From positions 24,724 through 88,723 of IMG/VR virus record IMGVR_UViG_3300038461_000101: 64,000 nucleotides of DNA, one strand, 5' to 3'. Source of the DNA: a virus. The translations under genes were made by a program, and so were the position numbers. Positions 59,199-64,000 of this stretch are shown here, in pieces. The notes under the pieces are model-generated. The model was given only the letters and a program-made list of their open reading frames with translations. It made no database searches and was not told where the DNA came from. Numbering within the stretch: the first letter of the stretch is position 1; the number at the start of each line of letters is the position of its first letter.

Positions 59199-59272
59199 GC
59201 CCCTGTAGCTCAAATGGATAGAGCATCGGCCTTCTAAGCCGCAGGTTGCTGGTTCGAGTCCAGTCAGAGGCA
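59199..59272 (+). tRNA. tRNA-Arg(UCU)
   Basis: GCCCCTG acceptor, D-arm GCTC-AAATGGATA-GAGC, anticodon loop CT-TCT-AA, T-loop TTCGAGT; CCA not encoded. Confidence 0.9.
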
Positions 59273-59332
59273 CATGCCCCACTTTTCCAATTGGAAGGTG
59301 GGGTAAATTTTATGCCATGCACGGAGGTGCAG

Positions 59333-59674
59333 ATGAAGAAACAGAAGAAGTGGTTCAATGCCAATACGTTCAGCCGTAAAACTGCTAATGGATTGGTCCA
59401 TACCCGAAAGGTTATTCCGCCCGATGATAACGGTCTTCATGGATTTCCTTTTGGGCAACATATGGTATGGAAGGATGTTACTCCTGAGCAAGCTTTGGGT
59501 GCTATTCTTTGTTGCTTGGTACCCTATGAAAGAATGAGTAATGTCTCATCCTTTCAACTGAACTATCCTCATGGGGTTCTGGATATTGAGGTTGCCTATT
59601 TGTATCCAGCTGGTGAGGATATTCTGGAGGGTTGGTACTTGTCCAAAATCGGAAAGATCAACCTACGTGGATAG
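59333..59674 (+). CDS. hypothetical protein
   Basis: GGAGGT RBS. Confidence 0.6.
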   Translation: MKKQKKWFNANTFSRKTANGLVHTRKVIPPDDNGLHGFPFGQHMVWKDVTPEQALGAILCCLVPYERMSNVSSFQLNYPHGVLDIEVAYLYPAGEDILEGWYLSKIGKINLRG

Positions 59675-59863
59675 AACGGTTCAACCGTTCTATGAACCGG
59701 TGCATGAACCGATGAACCGGTGCAATACCGTGCCCTGGGCGTGTCACAGCGTTCCAGGGCCATTATTTCACCTGAAAGGAGGTGATGACTGTCCGTAAGT
59801 GCATCATTTGATGCGGTGTCATTAGCCACTATGCCTATGTTCGTGTTCAAGGAGAATAGTACG

Positions 59864-60556
59864 ATGAAAAAGACAACCCTGAAAAGCAAGAAACTCACTG
59901 TGATCGGCTCTACCGATGAAGGTCTGGCTGCCTTGGCCCATATCCCTGGTTTCACTCCAGGCGATGTGGCTCTGGTTGAGGAAGTCAATTCCAAAGTTCC
60001 TGCGATTGTTATTGATCCAGGGATGGTGGAAGACTTCTTTTTGAAGCTGAGTTCCAAGACCGGTGATGAGGATCTCTTCCAAGAGACCACCTTACGCACC
60101 CAGGCATTCGAGACCATGAATCGAGTGGATATGATTATGAAGTCATCTCCATTCCCTGAGCTGAAGGCTGCCAAGATCGAGTTCTTCAAAGTGGACAAGG
60201 TGATCTGTCTGCTGAAGGAGTCCATCAAGCCGGTCTTCATGGCGAATGTTCATTACAAGAGCCAATTGGCGGCTGCCAGAGCCAAAGGTGGACAGCACGA
60301 AGCTAAGTTTTGGGCAGAGTTCGATGATGGTCTGCTTGAAGCTCTTTGTGCCTTGAAGCCTACTGACTACCAGGCTTGGATCGCTGCCAAGAAAGAATAT
60401 GAGGCCCTGCGGAAGATTGCAGAACCTATCGCAGTTGAGTGTGATGAGGCAGTAAAGGGTGCCCATGCTGATTTTGCCAAGGCGCAAGAACTTGGTATGA
60501 AGCATAATCGCAACTATGCCAAAGCCACCCCTAAGAAGGTGGTCGTAGCCGCCTAG
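59864..60556 (+). CDS. hypothetical protein
   Basis: AAGGAG RBS; helical composition. Confidence 0.65.
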   Translation: MKKTTLKSKKLTVIGSTDEGLAALAHIPGFTPGDVALVEEVNSKVPAIVIDPGMVEDFFLKLSSKTGDEDLFQETTLRTQAFETMNRVDMIMKSSPFPELKAAKIEFFKVDKVICLLKESIKPVFMANVHYKSQLAAARAKGGQHEAKFWAEFDDGLLEALCALKPTDYQAWIAAKKEYEALRKIAEPIAVECDEAVKGAHADFAKAQELGMKHNRNYAKATPKKVVVAA

Positions 60557-60721
60557 TAAGCGGGTCCGTTGTGCTGATGATGAGGAGGGCTCCATCAGCA
60601 CAGCAAACCTGCCTATGCAGGAGAAAGGAGAGTCCAAGGGCTTTGCCCAATCTTATCCAACCAGTTATAGGACTGGATCCGTTCTCTATTCACTGTACGT
60701 GGCCTTGAAGGAGGCTTTAGT

Positions 60722-61696
60722 ATGGCTAAGAAACTCTTGAACGTGAACGACTCCAATGCAAAGAACGAGAACGAAACCATCGTTCGCACTCCTATGTTCC
60801 CGGTGATGGCTCACCCCATCCTGGTGGATGTGAAGTTCGGAACTGTGGACATGTACATTGGCTCTGATTCCAATCAGGCGATCCCTGTGCGCAGCCCCCG
60901 TAAGGGTGGCAGCCTGTTCAATGCGGCCTTGCTGCTGAAGTTCGGCACCAAGTTCCCCGTTGTTGAGCTGGGCCTGCATCTGCGGGCTCCTGTGGATTTC
61001 CTCAAGAAAATGGCTATCTGCGAAGATGCTGGCTTCTTGGGTGCTGAGTACGTGCCCCATGGTGCGAACGATCCCCTGGCCGGGCTGGTGCCCGAGGAAG
61101 GGTTCGTGAAGTTGGGTGTGGATTGCGGCCAGTTCAGCGGCTATCCCCTGTTCCTCAAAGAGATCGAAGAGGACATGCCTGGAAGCCAGATGAACGGCAT
61201 CGCTCACAACAACAACATCGTTCGGCAGCACTTCTATATGGATGCGCTGCTGAAGGGTCAGACCTTCCACGTGATGCCCCTCTTCCGCAAGGGCGACGAA
61301 GGTGAGACTGCTCCTACTTTGAGCCTCACTGAACGTCAGATCCTGTGGATCCAGGAGAAGGTTGCTCGTTCCAACATGACAGCCGAAGAACTTGCTGTAA
61401 GCACTGGCGAGATGATCGAAATTGCTCAGACTCGCCGCACCTATGCCAAACTCGGTGACGAGGATAAGGCGTTGGTGGCTGCTGGCAAGCCCGTGACTGC
61501 TCCAGAGTACGTTCTGGCTCGGGATGGTAGCAAGTTGACTTTCGAAGGTTTGGATGGCAAGGTCGTGCGTGAGTTCTATGGTCGTGCCAAGATCGTTGGT
61601 ACCACCAAGATCTCTACCGAGACCTGGCCGGTGTTCGCCAAGGAAGCCAATCTCCGCCGCCATACCGTGGAGATCGTTGAAGTACCTGCTCAATAG
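60722..61696 (+). CDS. hypothetical protein, probably highly expressed
   Basis: AAGGAGG RBS, strong codon bias, own terminator. Confidence 0.7.
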   Translation: MAKKLLNVNDSNAKNENETIVRTPMFPVMAHPILVDVKFGTVDMYIGSDSNQAIPVRSPRKGGSLFNAALLLKFGTKFPVVELGLHLRAPVDFLKKMAICEDAGFLGAEYVPHGANDPLAGLVPEEGFVKLGVDCGQFSGYPLFLKEIEEDMPGSQMNGIAHNNNIVRQHFYMDALLKGQTFHVMPLFRKGDEGETAPTLSLTERQILWIQEKVARSNMTAEELAVSTGEMIEIAQTRRTYAKLGDEDKALVAAGKPVTAPEYVLARDGSKLTFEGLDGKVVREFYGRAKIVGTTKISTETWPVFAKEANLRRHTVEIVEVPAQ

Positions 61697-61712
61697 GCAG
61701 ATACTGTAAGTT

Positions 61713-61736
61713 GGGAGGCCTCGAAAGGGGCCTCCC
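61713..61736 (+). terminator. terminator hairpin
   Basis: GGGAGGCCTC-GAAA-GGGGCCTCCC with a GNRA loop, just after the stop. Confidence 0.65.
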
Positions 61737-61953
61737 TTGCAATTATTCGTTCCATTCATTGATTTTGTGCTAGAATCACCTGTATTCAGCCAGGATTTGC
61801 GATAGATGTACGTCAGATGAGATGCGGTATGCCAATCCATAGCTCGTACACGAGTGAAATACCTAATTGGGCCCCTCGTCGGGTCGTTTTCTGTGCTTGC
61901 GCTCTCTCTTGGGCGTGAGCATTGCCTTATATACGCTCCTGGAGGTGCGTGTC

Positions 61954-62136
61954 ATGCCTAAGATGTCTATTACCCTGAGTGAGAATGACTTGCGAGCCTT
62001 ACTTGTTGAGTTCTATCTCTATGGAAGGCGTGAGCATCACTACGATAAGCCTCACGATAACGCCATTGACCATGCAGATGGCTGGATTGCGGCTCATGAA
62101 GCAGACTTCCAATTGGAAAAACAGCCAGTCGGGTGA
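61954..62136 (+). CDS. hypothetical protein
   Basis: GGAGGT RBS. Confidence 0.55.
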   Translation: MPKMSITLSENDLRALLVEFYLYGRREHHYDKPHDNAIDHADGWIAAHEADFQLEKQPVG

Positions 62137-62140
62137 TGAA

Positions 62141-62434
62141 ATGCCTAACACAGACGATGCTGCAACCCTTGAAACTCGTCTTCGGACGATGTTTTTGACC
62201 TTTCTCAGCCTATCTGCTGACCTTACACTGCCTATTGAGTATCGTACCATCAAGAAAGTGGATACCGTAGAGCATACTGTAATGACAGAAGGTGGCGAAG
62301 TCTACTGTTTGCGCCTTTCTGACCAGTCCTGGGAGCTTGTAGGAGTGGATGTGAGCGAGTTCTTCACTCATAGAGAGCCCCATAACGGTCAATCTGATGA
62401 TCCAAGTGAAGGAGATCCCCTAGATGTCTCATAA
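62141..62434 (+). CDS. hypothetical protein
   Basis: ORF in operon. Confidence 0.5.
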   Translation: MPNTDDAATLETRLRTMFLTFLSLSADLTLPIEYRTIKKVDTVEHTVMTEGGEVYCLRLSDQSWELVGVDVSEFFTHREPHNGQSDDPSEGDPLDVS

Positions 62435-62780
62435 GGGATGGGAGTGGCTCAAAAGCTGGCTTACAAGTCGGGCACATGGTAATACCCCGGCTACGCCTGT
62501 ATCGGGTGTAAAGCCTATGGACATATCTGCCTATGATGGTTCTATTCCCCCTATGGATGGAGATAGTAAGCATGGGTATGTATGGGAGTTTACGCCTATT
62601 GAAGGGAGTGATATGCTGGAGATAAGGCATATGGGAAAAGGAGAATATGCGGTCTATGTGTTTGGAGTAAAAGTACCTGATGTCATGATATTGGGTGTTT
62701 CGCCTGATATGTCTTCGAATGGATACCATGCTGAAAGAAAGAATGTAGAGATCAATTTTCCGAAGGAGATGAAAATATGA
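62424..62780 (+). CDS. hypothetical protein
   Basis: AAGGAG RBS. Confidence 0.55.
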   Translation: MSHKGWEWLKSWLTSRAHGNTPATPVSGVKPMDISAYDGSIPPMDGDSKHGYVWEFTPIEGSDMLEIRHMGKGEYAVYVFGVKVPDVMILGVSPDMSSNGYHAERKNVEINFPKEMKI

Positions 62781-62956
62781 GCCCTGATTTCATGAAAGCC
62801 TATGTAATATCAAAGTATGAAGAAGTCAAAAATGAGAAACTGGTCGATGGAGTACCCTGGAAATGGATCCTTATCTTTTCCATTGTGCTCATCTTTTGCT
62901 TGGGAATCATTGCCATTGAAGTAACCGTATTTCTGCACAATCAAGGTATACAGTGA
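62777..62956 (+). CDS. 59-aa single-TM protein (not in ORF track)
   Basis: AAGGAG RBS; ATGA and GTGA overlaps on both sides; WILIFSIVLIFCLGIIAI. Confidence 0.5.
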   Translation: MSPDFMKAYVISKYEEVKNEKLVDGVPWKWILIFSIVLIFCLGIIAIEVTVFLHNQGIQ

Positions 62957-63213
62957 AGAGAACACGGCCAAACCGCAATGCTCCAGCCCATTCCGGGCTG
63001 TCATATCCCAAAGAACAACGAATTTGGAAGAGATTCAGCGATGGGCAGCTTTACGTTACCTTTGCTGTTTCAACTGCACAAATTCGACTGGTCAAGCTGG
63101 AAGATAACCATATTGTGGCTGAGTCCCTGGATATTCATGGCCTGGAAGAGTTCTACAAGCAGTTTACCTATTGGGGAAGGGTAGAAGATGAACCGACTTC
63201 TCCAGCTATATAA
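62953..63213 (+). CDS. hypothetical protein
   Basis: Coupled ORF. Confidence 0.5.
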   Translation: MKRTRPNRNAPAHSGLSYPKEQRIWKRFSDGQLYVTFAVSTAQIRLVKLEDNHIVAESLDIHGLEEFYKQFTYWGRVEDEPTSPAI

Positions 63214-63514
63214 GGATGATGTAGCCCTGATGCTTGACCTGCTTAATGCAGGATGGGACTTTGCTTGCCCGGACGGATGCAATGAAACCTTTCTGGTAAT
63301 CAAGCAGCATGTCAAGTATCCGATGGGGGAAGGTGAGATCAGTTATCTACCCCATGAGCACAGTTTGAAAGGTGGTATTGGCAATCTTCGAAGTGGTGAT
63401 GCCTCCAATGGTTGGATGGCAAGCACTGAAGAGGACTTCATAACACCTGAAAATGCACTTATTCTTCTGAATAAGCGGTTATCTGAAATACTCACAGGAG
63501 GTGAAAAGAAATGA
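63188..63514 (+). CDS. hypothetical protein
   Basis: ORF in operon. Confidence 0.55.
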   Translation: MNRLLQLYKDDVALMLDLLNAGWDFACPDGCNETFLVIKQHVKYPMGEGEISYLPHEHSLKGGIGNLRSGDASNGWMASTEEDFITPENALILLNKRLSEILTGGEKK

Positions 63515-63936
63515 CCCCAAGAGAAGAGTTCTTACATGACCTTGCATTGGTATTCAAGAAACATCATATCGTGATCGACAGCGATTCCCAATATGATGGT
63601 GAAGATAACAAATGTGGTGATGAATATACTTTGAAGGGTCCTGGCTTTGAAGTAAATTTGACCGAAATTGACGATTTCTTTGTGGTGAAATGGGCTGGAA
63701 AAGTGTCAGAACCTTCCAAAAACTTCCAAAATGTCAAATTGGCCTCTGATTTCATCTGGCAGGCTTTGCTGTATGTAACTGACATTACTGAGAGACGTGA
63801 ACTCAATGAATTGCCAGTTCCTGTAGCCCAATGGCTTGTTTCTATCCTTACTCACAATGTTCCAGAACAAACCATTGCTGCTGAATTGAGAATAGCTCTC
63901 TTGGAAGGAGGCAATCATGTCGAAGAACCGAAATAA
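63511..63936 (+). CDS. hypothetical protein
   Basis: AGGAGGT RBS. Confidence 0.6.
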   Translation: MTPREEFLHDLALVFKKHHIVIDSDSQYDGEDNKCGDEYTLKGPGFEVNLTEIDDFFVVKWAGKVSEPSKNFQNVKLASDFIWQALLYVTDITERRELNELPVPVAQWLVSILTHNVPEQTIAAELRIALLEGGNHVEEPK

Positions 63937-64000
63937 TGTAGGCCAGGGCTTTGTTGAGTTCTTGGTGCTCTTTGCCCTATTTGTGGTCGTGGTAGGAGCA

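Larger units (their letters stand above)
5781..62118. repeat. dispersed 12-bp palindrome TTCCAATTGGAA, 9 exact copies
   Basis: Starts at 5781, 10787, 18440, 25463, 34678, 44988, 54179, 59285, 62107. Confidence 0.9.

Noticed and set aside
59199-59272. tRNA as prophage attachment site
   Set aside because: No integrase in the window, no duplicated tRNA 3' end seen, and phage-like genes on both sides.
60686-61840. 384-aa minus-strand ORF
   Set aside because: Antisense shadow of the codon-biased + strand gene 60722-61696.
1-64000. Alternative genetic code (stop-codon reassignment)
   Set aside because: Genes are intact and tightly coupled under the standard code; TAA, TAG and TGA all end genes.

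Overview
The window is most of a tailed dsDNA bacteriophage genome of siphovirus type. It has no cellular housekeeping genes and no integrase or DNA polymerase. There are three blocks. (1) + strand, 1-13.7 kb: DNA modification, replication and recombination genes (C5 methyltransferase, DnaC-like loader, DnaB-like helicase, Rad52/Mgm101-like annealing protein, radical SAM), ending in a DIP1984-like gene followed by a ~320-nt structured non-coding element. (2) - strand, 13.8-56.8 kb: glycosyltransferase/methyltransferase cluster, terminase, portal, scaffold, capsid, tail tube, frameshifted tail chaperones, a 3466-aa tape-measure protein, collagen-like fibres and a lysis cassette. (3) + strand, 57.2-64 kb: small early-type ORFs, many hairpins and tRNA-Arg(UCU). 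The most notable observations are: a tape-measure protein whose N-terminal half carries two-barrel RNA polymerase motifs (RYP...GDFDYD) and whose C-terminus carries a Hint/intein; the DIP1984-like gene plus a putative ncRNA closed by a perfect 20-bp helix and containing internal repeats; nine exact copies of the palindrome TTCCAATTGGAA; an early gene sitting inside a 27-bp RNA stem; and a fibre gene split by a -1 frameshift. All protein calls come from motif recognition by eye; no database search was run.
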